In this document: positions 23,171-35,616 of the stretch, one piece after another | How the letters are laid out: each line of letters opens with the position of its first letter | How positions within the stretch are numbered: position 1 is the first letter of the stretch | Assembly: GCA_032718475.1 (NCBI GenBank) | Contig: JAUCBJ010002806.1 | Span: 1 to 40,135 of the forward strand | Direction: 5' to 3' | Source: Nemertoderma westbladi | Lineage: Eukaryota > Animalia > Xenacoelomorpha | DNA: 40,135 bases | Position numbers and translations under genes: made by a program | Notes under the pieces: model-generated | What the model saw: the letters and a program-made list of their open reading frames with translations, nothing else | The model's database searches: none | Told to the model about the DNA's origin: nothing

Positions 23171-23730
23171 CAAACTGTAATTACAGCATGATGATTATAG
23201 ATAGATGGTTCGATACAGATTCACTCATATATTTTATATTTACCACATCATTTTCACATGGGATTCACATGATATTTCCACTGTGTGTGTTTCACATGTA
23301 GTGAAGGCATTTTATAGTAGTAGGTCTTCTTTTGGAATAAATTCAAAAAGTATTGTGAGGAATTTAATTCAATTTCATTTAATGGTAGCAAAAAGACTGG
23401 CGGGGGGAAACAATAACTCTAACTTACTTAGAATACTGTAGACAACTAAATCATATGGTCACATAAATAACTTATTATATTTATCAAAGGAATTTGACGG
23501 TTGGGATATAATGGGACAATAAATATACTTACTGTGGTACTGTAGTAGTTGCTACACACTAAGCTTTTATGTATATTGGTATGTGCAATATAATATGGAT
23601 TAATAACAGGTTTCGTTTCTGTGACTTCCGCTGAAATGCTTTAAAAGTAAGTAGAAATCATACAGTTACTTCAGTCACAACAATTTAATCTTTAACGAGA
23701 TAAAATAGCATTCTTATAGTATGTACGATG

Positions 23731-26487
23731 GGATAGTTATAAAACCCGAAAATAACGAAAATGACGAAATGATCAACGAAAATATCGAATTTATCAAACA
23801 ATCTGCAAAATCTCGCTTTCCAGTACGATAGGTATTATTAGAAGTCACACTTTACATTTTTTAATTAATAAAATCCGATAATTTCGCCCCATTTTCGACC
23901 TTAAAAGTAATTTAATACCAAATACTGTCTGCTGGTTGGTTGTTAGGTGTTAGCTGTTGACCAATGGCGGCTTGGATGAAATCAGTGTACTGCAGTATTG
24001 GTCTGGTGCATTACAGATGTGGCGCTACAGGTGTACTGATGTGCAGGCCTTCAACAGTACAACCAGGCCATGGTCAGCATGGTACAGGTACAACAGCCCT
24101 ATCAGCCTACTGCCTACAGGAGCTGTTGCGCTGACAGACAGAGAGATAACATCCCATGGGGTAGGGCCAGCCATGGTAGGGCTAGGGGGTACAGGATAAG
24201 GATTTATTCTGGACTATCAGATACCGGTAGAAGATGATTATTAAAAGGAGGAACGATGGCGACGGTGTCTATCAAACCCGGAATGCTGGAATGATGGCGA
24301 CGGAGTCTATTAAACCCAGAACGATGGCGACGGAGTCTATTAACTGATTAAACCCGGAACGATGGCGACGGAGTCTATTAAACCCAGAACGATGGCGACG
24401 GAGTCTATTCACTGATTAAACCCGGAACGATGGCGACGGAGTCTATTAAACCCAGAATGATGGCGACGGAGTCTATTAAACCCGGAACGATGGCAACGGA
24501 GTCTATTAAACCCAGAACGATGGCGGCCGAGTCTATTAAACCCGGAACGATGGTGACAGAGTCTATTAAACCCGGCACGATGGCGACGGAGTCTATTAAA
24601 CCCGGAACAATGGCGACGGAGTCTATTATACCTGGAACGATGGCGATGGAGTTTATTAAACCCGGAATTACGAGATCGATCGAATGCTGAGTCTATTAAA
24701 CCCCGAGGGAATTGTGATGCCAATCAAATAACCTGGAAAATACATTGAACAAGAGAGTTTCAAAGTCAGACTGGTTTGTCACTTTGTCGCCAATACTAAA
24801 ATCATAATAATATATTTTTATATTGATAATTTTGAAATTATTTAACATCAATCTGTCAATCACTTTATATGTCATGTCAATTTATGATTAATCATGAACT
24901 ACCAATAACTTTTATGATTTTAACATTACATATGAATCATATCAGTGCGGTATTAATTCGAGTCATTGCTTTTAACGTCAATGTTGAATATTATGGGGGG
25001 GGGGGGGGGGTTGTGGGGCACAACAGTGCGAAATTGATACAGCCTTTAGCCGGATTTGAACCTGAGCAGCCAATCACTATTATGCACTGTATCCACTCGG
25101 ACATTGTAATTTCGTACAATACATAGTATTCGACGCTTTACCTGGTTACAGCCAATAGAGGGGAGCTTATGGGTCACCAATAACTTTGTGTAGGCTAAGA
25201 TCTGCCCCAAAACGAAACACTCTGTAACCCGCCATATGAAATTGTTTACCCAATGGCTAGTATAAAATAAATAAAACCAATAAAATAAATAAGTCGAAGA
25301 AAGATCGCAAAATGATTAAAGTAAGAATTAATTAAGATAAATTAAGTGACGAGTCTTGTAAGGACTGCAAGTGAAAAGCGAGACGCAGATGGGATAGATT
25401 GTCCGGTAGAAGGCTGCATTGTAACGAGTGTAGAATATCTGTTACAGGCGTGCCACAAAACCGACAGTGGCAGGAGTCAGAAGGCCTCCAACAAGAGCTA
25501 ATTGAACACAGTTACTTGCTAATCCCGCACCAAATTAATATGACAAATTGCCATATTATATTTATACTATATTACAGTAGTTCACTACATGCTACATTTT
25601 ACACCGAAATTAAACCATCACAACAACTGTACCACATTTAAGTTTAAATAAATTTAACCAGAATTAGTTACAGTTGTACTAAAATTAAACTCTTACTCTT
25701 TTACTTCAGTTCAGGGCGCGGAGTTCGTCTCTAGATAGGTTGTTTCGTCTCTAGATAGGTTGGTTGGGTGACCTGAGGTCAACTCAACCCGCCCTACCCC
25801 AAACTGTATCAAAACCGTTGTAAACTCGTTCTCCCTCAGGGAATCCATCATTTGCCTAATTCGGTAGGCCTTGGTTTAATGGACTCCGTCGCCAACGTCC
25901 CAGGCTGCCAGGTTTAAAAGAGGCCATGGTTCCAGGTTTAATAGACTCCGTCGCCATCGTTCCGGGTAAAATACAGTAATAGACTCCGTCGCCATTGTTC
26001 CGGGTTTAATCGACTCCGTCGCCATCATTCTAGGTTTAATAGACGCCGTTGCCATCGTTCCGGGTTCAATAGACTCAGTTGCCATTGTTCCAGTTTAATA
26101 GACTCCATCGCTCCGATAGTAATCTGTTGTTGAACTACCTCCTAATGCTAAATACAGAATACCTAATCCCCTATCGTTCAGTGTTGGTTTAGGGTACCGG
26201 TCCGGTTCTGGGTTCCTTCAACAGTGCACCAGACCAATACTGCAGTACACTGATTTCATCCAAGCCGCCATTGGTCAACAGCTAACACCTAACAACCAAC
26301 CAGCAGGCAGAATTTGCATTTGGTATTAAATTACTTTTAAGGTCGAAAATATGGCGAAATTATCGGATTTTATTAATTAAAAAATGTAAAGTGTGCCTTC
26401 TAATAATACATATCGTACTGGAAAGCGAGATTTTGCAGATTGTTTGATAAATTCGATTTTTGTTATTTTCGGGTTTTACAACTATCC
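23731..26487. mobile_element. ~2.76-kb foldback-type element with long inverted arms
   Basis: 23731-24010 is the near-identical reverse complement of 26225-26487, and the internal 30-bp arrays are also mirror-oriented. Confidence 0.8.
24252..24666 (+). repeat. 30-bp minisatellite, about 13 copies; inverted shorter array at about 25895-26110
   Basis: Unit aacgatggcgacggagtctattaaacccgg. Confidence 0.95.
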
Positions 26488-27157
26488 TGTATGATGATTT
26501 AATGATATTTATTATATTTATTGGAATTGTTTCGAACATTATGGAAATCAATGATATGGCACCAACTGTAACAAATATGGCCTTTAATTAAAATAAATTA
26601 TTAAAAACTCTATAAATATAATATTTTTTTCTATTTTGAATTTAAATACTGAAAGTTTAATTAAAATCTAAAATTTAAGTATATAATTCAACCAAATAAG
26701 CCTCTGAAATTAAGATTTTGAGACAAAACTTTTAACCCATGTGAAGTATACCAGATGTTCTGCTGTTATATTTCACTTTGCAGTTTACCTCTATGTAGAG
26801 AATGCCAGGTTTTCACTAAAAACCTAAAAAAATACAAATTCAAAAAATTCCAATAAAACTTCGACTGAAAAGTGAAAACCTGGTATTTTTCACATAGTTT
26901 TTCATATCTTAAGGGGCGAGAACTTCCGCCCAGCTAAACACTTTTTTGAATTGTCTACAATTTCTACTGAAATGAAAATATTCTTTTTTTATACAGTATG
27001 TAAGAGAGCCTATGGGTGAAATAAAGCTAAAATATTGTTTTTCAGAAAAATTTTCAAACTTCCAGTCGCCCTCTAGCGGCCATTGAATCAGACATTTCTG
27101 ATGTATAATCTGCAAAAAATAATATATTAATTATATAAAATTATACAATAAATAATA

Positions 27158-28110
27158 GAGGAGGGTTAGGAGTGCCACTTGTATCCCACACTGCACCAGC
27201 CGCATTCCTTGCTTCACTAAACAATAATAGGGACCTGATAGCAAAAATTATTGAGCCAGTCTCCACATTGCCATTCTATGCAGAGGCATTATTATCTTCT
27301 TGGAAAAGCCTTCTACATGTTCCCTCACTTCCTGAAGAACCATCCAGTCAGCGGAATTGGATGGATCCCATCATGCAACATCGGGTTGAAAACCTCTTGC
27401 AGCGATCTGACCTTACCTCTCTTTCTCGTCTTAAAGAGTGCAAGGCCCCAGGATCTGGCGATAGGCTGAATGCTTTGCCATCTGCTACACTTGGCCTAAG
27501 GTTAGCAGATGATGATTTTGGTATGGCTGTGGGTCTTCGTCTTGGCGCACCACCGATTTGTTCATCACACCCATGTGTGTGTGACGCCATAGTTGATCCA
27601 TCAGCCCTCCACGCACTAACATGCAAGCACACCAAAAGCCGTCACGCCCGCCACAGACTAGGTAATGATGCCATTCACCGTGCTCTTGGGTCGGCTGAAG
27701 TACCATCCTTCCTGGAACCTATTGGATTGTGCGGAAATGATGGTAAACGGCCAGATGGTGCGACCCATGGTCCAGGGGACTCCCCCTGGTATGGGATTTC
27801 ACCTGTAATCACCGACTTACCCCATCTTACCAGGCCATAGCATCTAGCGACGGTTCATCTGTTGCCAATTTGGCAGAGGACCGAAAGAAAGGGAAGTACA
27901 GTGACCTGTCTCCGAACTATATAGTACAGCCTGTTGCAGTCGAGGCCTTGGGTGGCGTTGGTAATAGCACCATGGACTTCCTCCGCGAACTTGGCCGGCG
28001 TGTAGAGAAGGTCAGCGGGAATAAGAGGGCAACTGAACACCTGCGACAACGCATGGGGTCTGTGTGCAGGCAGGTAATGCTGCCTGTATCAAGGAATCGT
28101 TTGGATCAGG
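27158..28110 (+). mobile_element. 3' fragment of a CRE-like non-LTR retrotransposon (zinc knuckle and restriction-like endonuclease)
   Basis: LNALPS..LGLRL...F..AVGLRLG..C..C.C....H...C, RHARH, DGKRPDG, AE.RK..KY and PVAVE.LG motifs, with frameshifts. Confidence 0.85.
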
Positions 28111-28925
28111 AGGCAACTGAATCCAGTGAATATATTAAGAATAACGAAGATGTCGATTCATCAAACTTATCATATATGAAATGGAAAGTGATCCGCATAA
28201 TATATTTTATAGACTTTTCTGTAGTTATTACATATCTATAATCTATTCACATTACAATCAAGATAAATAATATATATTATTAATTAAATCAATTTAGTTA
28301 GAAAAGTCTTATTTAGAAAATTGACCCGATAAGTGGATAAATAATATGGGGGTAATTTTAGTGAAATTGTTGATTGTCCCTTTGGTGGGATATAATAAAC
28401 TTTCAAATTTCCATTGGCTTTCCATTGCGATTCAAATTTCAAAATTGTTGGCTGAACACAAAATTACGGCATTAGAGCTTAAAAAAAACAATCTCCTAAG
28501 GAGCTAAACACCCCCCCCCCCCCCCCCCTCCCATTAACGAAATTTTAAACAGTTTGTTATCAATTAAACAATAGGTTTCTCACGTATAAATTTAATAAAT
28601 ATATCTTGTCTCGAAACAGCAAATAAAATTCGCGGAAAATGGTCTCATTAGTTCTAATGAAAATTGGTAGGCTTACAGTATGTAATCATAATAAAAATAT
28701 AAAGCAAATTTCTTTATGAAACAAATAAGTAGGCCGTAATACAAACACACGAATTGAACGTCAAGTAATCTGTTCAGGGAAGTTATTGAGACATACTGTA
28801 CTGTACAGAAGGCCTACAGTATTCACTTCTGTTAAATCCATTTGTTGTAACATACTGCAGTTAATTTTAGTAGCTTTCTTTCCCCTTATATTAATGGCAG
28901 ATGGACAATTCTTTACGCAACAATA

Positions 28926-29297
28926 ATGGATATATTGGTTTTATATTTACTATTTGCACAACATGTAACAGTCGGCTCGGCTATTCTAGGCTACACAGAT
29001 CTCGCCACTATGACACAGTCTGACGGTTGCGTACAATGCGTTTACGGTACCGGCACTGTAAATCAATCATCGAGAGAACGTTTTGGTTACTGTCTCAGAG
29101 GAAGCGATTATATAGAATGCGACTCTGGGTTTACTAAAACCTATTGTGTGACACGGTCTCTAGGTAATTGTGATGTCAGCTGTTGTTTTTGGGATTTATG
29201 TAACTCAGCATCTACTGTTTTTACGGCATATCTGTTAAAATTTCTGCTATATCAACTGTTAATATATTTTATAATGAAATCGTCGAATGTTTATTAG
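28926..29297 (+). CDS. Ly6/uPAR (three-finger)-like, probably GPI-anchored protein
   Basis: N-terminal signal-like segment, 9 Cys ending in CCxxDLCN, then small residues SAS and a hydrophobic tail. Acceptor-like ggcAG at 28900 lies upstream of the ATG. Confidence 0.8.
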   Translation: MDILVLYLLFAQHVTVGSAILGYTDLATMTQSDGCVQCVYGTGTVNQSSRERFGYCLRGSDYIECDSGFTKTYCVTRSLGNCDVSCCFWDLCNSASTVFTAYLLKFLLYQLLIYFIMKSSNVY

Positions 29298-29599
29298 GAA
29301 ATATTTAATGTAACTGCAAGGAAAAAAGTTAGTTTCTAAATTTCATGTTCATGGATTGTCAGAAAAAACACAATATTTGACTCTCACTCAATGCAATGTA
29401 TAGACAATGTAGCTATACAGAATAGCGTTGTTACAATTGTCCAGTCATTAAAGCATTAAATTATTGCTAACTAATATAACAGTTATACTCACAATTACTA
29501 TACCGCATCTAACATTGTTGTTACAATTACAACAATCGCCAAGACTGTATTTATAAATTAAATACTGCACACATTTGTAACACGTTCACGGGGCCTAGA

Positions 29600-29744
29600 A
29601 GCAGGAAAAAGTAAGCAAGCTTATCATTCGGTTACTTATCCACCCGTCACAGACCGACAGTCAGACAGACCGAGAGACAGACCGATTGGCCGACAGACAA
29701 CGGTTGAAGCCACAGTATACTAAGCTCGCTTACTGTCCCTTGCT
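29600..29744. mobile_element. Short MITE/HINE-like element
   Basis: Inverted agtaagcaagctta (29610-29623) / taagctcgcttact (29721-29734) flank a gaca/gacc-rich tract. Confidence 0.55.
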
Positions 29745-30170
29745 CCGCACTAAATTTTGTTGAAACAATATTGATTAAGTTTCTATACTCTACTAGTGGT
29801 TCTTTTTGCAGAGTTTTAATTAAAATAAGGTGCTAATTTAATGATTGTGTGGATATATTTATACATACTTATACCATAGATACTGTTTAGAATAATAATA
29901 TTATATACAACAATGTTACAATACTAAATCTAACATAAAATCTAAATAAATAAATACTAAATATAAAATCCTATATCTTTGTACTTTTCCGTATCACTAA
30001 TATTTTTATAGAAAATGTTAATCTATCTAGGAAGCTACAGTTAGCTAATCTATATTCACTATTCAGGATAATAACTACATTTCTCTATAAGTTTAACAAA
30101 ACCAAAAATAGCAATTTTTATTATGTTTGGTAATGCTGTCTGTTTAGACACCCAAAACTAAATTATTGCA

Positions 30171-30427
30171 TTAACAAATACGTCCCATAGAATGTTTAAT
30201 CATTGTTCTAAAATGCAGACTCTTCCAGGAATATATAATAGGATTGGCTGATAGATTGACAATAACAAAGAAAAAGAACCAATCTGCAGTAACAGAGACG
30301 CCTGTGACTATACTGAATATATTCTTTACTGCATTTGGTGTCCAACACAAAATGTATACCAATCCACATAGAACCACAGTGACCACAAGGTTGCGTTTCC
30401 GTGCTGCAGCAATCTTCTGCTTTTCAT
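30171..30427 (-). CDS. Rhodopsin-class GPCR, last exon (ICL3, TM6, TM7)
   Basis: Acceptor ttacAG at 30428, phase 1. Reads DEKQKIAAARKRNLVVT...CWTP...NLSANPIIY..KS..FR. Confidence 0.88.
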
Positions 30428-30549
30428 CTGTAATAATAGGTATTCTATCATTGAACAGAGAAATAATATAACCGCGGTAACATATATAATAATGTATATA
30501 AAATATAATATAATTAATTACACTCTATAATTTTATGTTAATGAATGGG

Positions 30550-30688
30550 AGAATCTTTGAGACACATTACGCCAAGGAAAGCCTGTTCACCACGGGTGAT
30601 GTTCCACAGCAAACCCTTCTAGACATTTTCCCATGTTACCTTGGTTCCCATTTATCAACCAGTTAAGGATGAAAGCCTGCGTTTGCTA
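30550..30688 (-). mobile_element. Old SINE remnant with Deu/Nin-like core
   Basis: Minus strand reads caggctttcatccttaactggttgataaatgggaacc, similar to the core of the SINEs at 7067 and 35617. Confidence 0.5.
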
Positions 30689-31098
30689 ATTTTATGTTAA
30701 GTTTACAGTGTACACAGGGTCTTTTTAAATTTTGCCCATTTTTCATATTTGTATATTTGTATATCTATATATATATCTATATATCTATATATATAAATAT
30801 TATTTATATATTCAGTCAAAGTTGACATTAGTAGTTGGCATTTTATTATTATGCAAAGTGTATTTTCATTATCAGCGATAGAGTAATTAAATGAAATAAT
30901 TCAATTAATATATATTTTGTATATATTAATAAATTCAAAATATATATAAAATATTGTATATAAAATAGTATTAAAACTTTATATATTTTTTTTGTGAATA
31001 AAAATAAACGTGGAATATTGTATTGTTTGGGTATAAAGTAGTTTACTGTGATTGCACTAATAAAATTTAATCTGTTAATTTTTGCATTACCAACTTGC

Positions 31099-31622
31099 CT
31101 TGTTTAAAAACGTTGCTTATAGAACTCGCAGTGCGCTTCGAAAGTTGACTCAATTTCACGAAGATGGCAATGTAACAAGCGCCCATCAAGAGTACAGGGA
31201 GTAACCAATCCTCAAAAATAAACCACAAAAACACAATGGGTCCGTACATAGGAAAGGGGAATTCGTGATCACAACTTGTTGCCAGTACCTCCCTGTTATT
31301 GGTCAGATTAGCAAATAACGCGCTGTTATTGGTCAAATTAGTCCCATTCCTAGAAGGAACAACAACCCTTACTACAACTACACTGAATGCATCAATCACC
31401 CACTGCTGACCCAAAGAGAACAACCAAATGATCACCAGGGTGTATTTGGTCTTTTTGAAGGTCACGTGATTTCTGTGGTAGATGGGGGTGCACACACTAA
31501 GTAGTCGTTCCACGTGGAGGGCGTTCAGATTCCAGATTGAAGCGACAAAACTGGCCCATAGGAAGTAGGAACTCCACCATAAAAGGCAATAGATTTCGTT
31601 ATAGGGCCACTGGTTCGGTGTG
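31099..31622 (-). CDS. Rhodopsin-class GPCR, middle exon (ECL1, TM3-TM5)
   Basis: The frame extends upstream of the tracked ORF: ...WPYNEIYCLLWWSSYFLWASFVASIWNLNALHVERLLSVCTP (ERL at the DRY position), TM4 Trp, ECL2 Cys, TM5 LLP...CY. The 5' boundary is uncertain. Confidence 0.85.
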
Positions 31623-31670
31623 CTTTCGGGAAGAATGGAACGTAATGTGATAACATCAGCGAAAAATATA

Positions 31671-33380
31671 CGAACACAGTGCGTTAATTACAATGCGTCG
31701 CTTGCGGACGAACGCAGTGCGTTAATTACAATGCGTCGCTTGCAGACGAACACAGTGCGTTAATTACAATGCGTCGCTTGCAGACGAACACAGTGCGTTA
31801 ATTACAATGCGTCGCTTGCAGACGAACACAGTGCGTTAATTACAATGCGTCGCTTGCAGACGAACACAGTGCGTTAATTACAATGCGTCGCTTGCAAACG
31901 AACACAGTGCGTTAATTACAATGCGTCGCTTGCAGACGAACACAGTGCGTTAATTACAATGCGTCGCTTGCGGACGAACGCAGTGCGTTAATTACAATGC
32001 GTCGCTTGCAGACGAACACAGTGCGTTAATTACAATGCGTCGCTTGCAGACGAACACAGTGCGTTAATTACAATGCGTCGCTTGCAGACGAACACAGTGC
32101 GTTAATTACAATGCGTCGCTTGCAGACGAACACAGTGCGTTAATTACAATGCGTTGCTTGCAAACGAACACAGTGCGTTAATTACAATGCGTCGCTTGCA
32201 GACGAACACAGTGCGTTAATTACAATGCGTCGCTTGCAAACGAACGCAGTGCGTTAAGTACAATGCGTCGCTTGCAGACGAACACAGTGCGTTAATTACA
32301 ATGCGTCGCTTGCAAACGAACACAGTGCGTTAATTACAATGCGTCGCTTGCAGACGAACACAGTGCGTTAATTACAATGCGTCGCTTGCAGACGAACACA
32401 GTGCGTTAATTACAATGCGTCGCTTGCAGACGAACACAGTGCGTTAATTACAATGCGTCGCTTGCAGACGAACACAGTGCGTTAATTACAATGCGTCGCT
32501 TGCAGACGAACACAGTGCGTTAATTACAATGCGTCGCTTGCAGACGAACACAGTGCGTTAATTACAATGCGTCGCTTGCAAACGAACACAGTGCGTTAAT
32601 TACAATGCGTCGCTTGCAGACGAACACAGTGCGTTAATTACAATGCGTCGCTTGCAAACGAACGCAGTGCGTTAATTACAATGCGTCGCTTGCAGACGAA
32701 CACAGTGCGTTAATTACAATGCGTCGCTTGCAGACGAACACAGTGCGTTAATTACAATGCGTCGCTTGCAGACGAACACAGTGCGTTAATTACAATGCGT
32801 CGCTTGCAGACGAACACAGTGTGTTAATTACAATGCGTCGCTTGCAGACGAACACAGTGCGTTAATTACAATGCGTCGCTTGCAGACGAACACAGTGCGT
32901 TAATTACAATGCGTCGCTTGCAGACGAACACAGTGCGTTAATTACAATGCGTCGCTTGCAGACGAACACAGTGCGTTAATTACAATGCGTCGCTTGCAGA
33001 CGAACACAGTGCGTTAATTACAATGCGTCGCTTGCAGACGAACACAGTGCGTTAATTACAATGCGTCGCTTGCAGACGAACACAGTGCGTTAATTACAAT
33101 GCGTCGCTTGCAGACTAACACAGTGCGTTAATTACAATGCGTCGCTTGCAGACGAACACAGTGCGTTAATTACAATGCGTCGCTTGCAGACGAACACAGT
33201 GCGTTAATTACAATGCGTCGCTTGCAGACGAACACAGTGCGTTAATTACAATGCGTCGCTTGCAGACGAACACAGTGCGTTAATTACAATGCGTCGCTTG
33301 CAGACGAACACAGTGCGTTAATTACAATGCGTCGCTTGCAGACGAACACAGTGCGTTAATTACAATGCGTCGCTTGCAGA
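31671..33380. repeat. 38-bp tandem satellite, 45 copies
   Basis: Unit cgaacacagtgcgttaattacaatgcgtcgcttgcaga; 1710 bp = 45 x 38, with few variants. Confidence 0.98.
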
Positions 33381-33692
33381 TTTATATTGTATTTAAAAAA
33401 ATCAATATAAATTATTATTTTCTTCATTTATATTTTCGGTAAATACGTCATTTATTTGTTAAAAAGGGATATTTTCTATATTAATTATCCATATTAAATT
33501 TGAAAATTCACAATTTTTCAGGTTTTTCACTTAAATACAGCATTTATGGTATAAAAGATAATGCCACTTTATTTTGTTGTGTAAATTTTCTGAAATTGTG
33601 AAGAGTATTATATTGACAATAATTGCTGGTCAGCGTGTTTTTCTTTGTACTTGTCTGTTATCGCGTTGTTTTCACGTTATCACGTTCAGTTC

Positions 33693-33922
33693 CTTCTGGT
33701 GCCCAGAGTTTGTTTTAATACGAAAATAACGCCGGAAATAAAATCAACTACAGACTGATGCATCATTAGCAGTTCGGCGGGAAGTTTGAAAGAGGATCTC
33801 CCAGACACGATGTAAACAAACAAAACAAAACCGTTGCTAAGTATTGCGAAACAACCGAACAACATATAGCAGTAGGGGTCTATTATAGTCTGGATAACAT
33901 CGGTAAACGTGGCCATCTCCAT
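33693..33922 (-). CDS. Rhodopsin-class GPCR, first coding segment (short N-terminus, TM1-TM2)
   Basis: MEMATF...GCFAILSNGFV (TM1 Asn) ...LLMMHQSVVDFISG (TM2 Asp). The 3' boundary is uncertain because no usable GT donor is present. Confidence 0.8.
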
Positions 33923-33952
33923 CCGGACTTCAATCAAAGTTTGTATGAATTA

Positions 33953-34175
33953 GGGGGTAAACGCTACGCCTACACATACATAGTACATGTACCGTAAGCC
34001 GGTAGGCCTATACATCTGACTTTTGATTAACTAGCTGTTGATTCTCAATTTCTACAATATCAATCCTATCTCTCGTTTATTGTTTTGGTTCGTTTGAACC
34101 CGCATCTGTAACCTGCTAATTTACCAACCTGCCTATACCATTAGGTGTATAGGCGTAGGTGTAGCGTTTACGCCC
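33953..34175. mobile_element. Small MITE just upstream of the GPCR start
   Basis: Terminal inverted repeats gggggtaaacgctacgcctac / gtaggtgtagcgtttacgccc. Confidence 0.7.
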
Positions 34176-35616
34176 AATGATTTACCGAAATAATACAGTA
34201 TTCGTATACAGTATAAATTATTCGGATCAGTATTTCAAAACTTCAATCAATAATAGTCGCCTCCATACTTTTTTTAAGAGTTACTTAATTTTAAGATATT
34301 TTAACAAATATTTGAAAGCATCACTGGCATCGATCCTTGCGGTCAAAATCTGTAATGACATGAATAAAGTGACAAGATAAAGACTTTCAAATTGTGAAAA
34401 ACTCCAACCAAATTATAATGTTTTGTTGAGACAGTTGTTTTTACTTGTATGTTTTACATTATGGTTTCAATAATTATTTAAGGTACATAGATGAGTTTGA
34501 GAAAACCTTTTTATTCATTGCATAAATATTGTCTACCTACCCTACATAGTGCATTGCAATGGATGCAGCACCCCATGAAACTTTAGGAATAATTACGTTC
34601 GGCCTCCGTTAGTAATTAATATATTAACAAAAAACATAAACAACAATTATATAATATACATGATATACACATGATATACATGTACATGATATATATACAT
34701 ATACATATATATACATATACATGATATAACAATTATTATTATCAAAACTGTTTAAAATGTTTTGACTTCAAGTTGTTGAATGATAATAATAAAAGTTGCT
34801 TATATATAAATAAACTTTCAAAAAAATGTATCAAATAAATATTCATCAGATGTTGGATTTATATAAGGTTGTTAATTAGACAGCTATCTAATATCACTAT
34901 TGCATTAATCAATATGAAAGGATTACGTATGATTTAGTATTTAGTATTGGTAGTAGTAGTGTTTAGTATTTAGTATTTAGTATATGATTTAGTATTGGAT
35001 AATTGGAATCAATTTTCTACATTTTGACATCTCTTATCTAATGGGCGCAATTAATTACCCGTAGCCGAGATTTAGAAACTTTAATCTTATTCTTATCTGA
35101 TTAATGTTGTCCTTGAGATACAGATGATATTTTCAAAATTGTGGAGTTGAAATTATGGAGATGGTGGAGATGAAACGTTTTATATCTGTAAGATCATATG
35201 ATGCCAGTGAATAAGTAACGCTTATTGCTTTAATTACCAATATATAAACCAGTTTTATCAAATTAAATTTACATTCATAGTCGCTCAAATTTCGCATCAA
35301 GGTTCAAAATTCCCCAAAATGTATTATATTAGGGTTAGTATTACATGCGGAAGCCGTTGGTGGCCACGGCGGATAGTCCTTTATGAGACGATACCACACG
35401 ATAGAGATGACGAATGAAACACCCAATGATCCCCACGCCATCGGGGTTTGTCGAATCCCAGACTCAACGCCGCCATGCACGCCTCTACCAACACAGACAC
35501 AATGACCATACAAAGAAATGGAAACTCTCATATAGGCGAGTCAATCTAGCCGAAAAAAGGGGTCAACTCATAACAAATTCGCAATTCACCCAAACCAATT
35601 TTTTTTTATTCTAAAT

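Noticed and set aside
24409-24723. HRSGFNRLRR repeats as a neuropeptide precursor, and the MATESIKPGT repeat ORF
   Set aside because: No signal peptide; both strands are open only because of the 30-bp unit, which is part of the foldback arms.
31671-33380. 38-bp repeat array as a CRISPR
   Set aside because: Units are head-to-tail with no unique spacers, there are no cas genes, and the context is eukaryotic.
13392-33922. Genome-wide non-canonical splicing system
   Set aside because: Both introns of the peptide gene are ordinary GT-AG, so the unusual donors appear specific to the GPCR.
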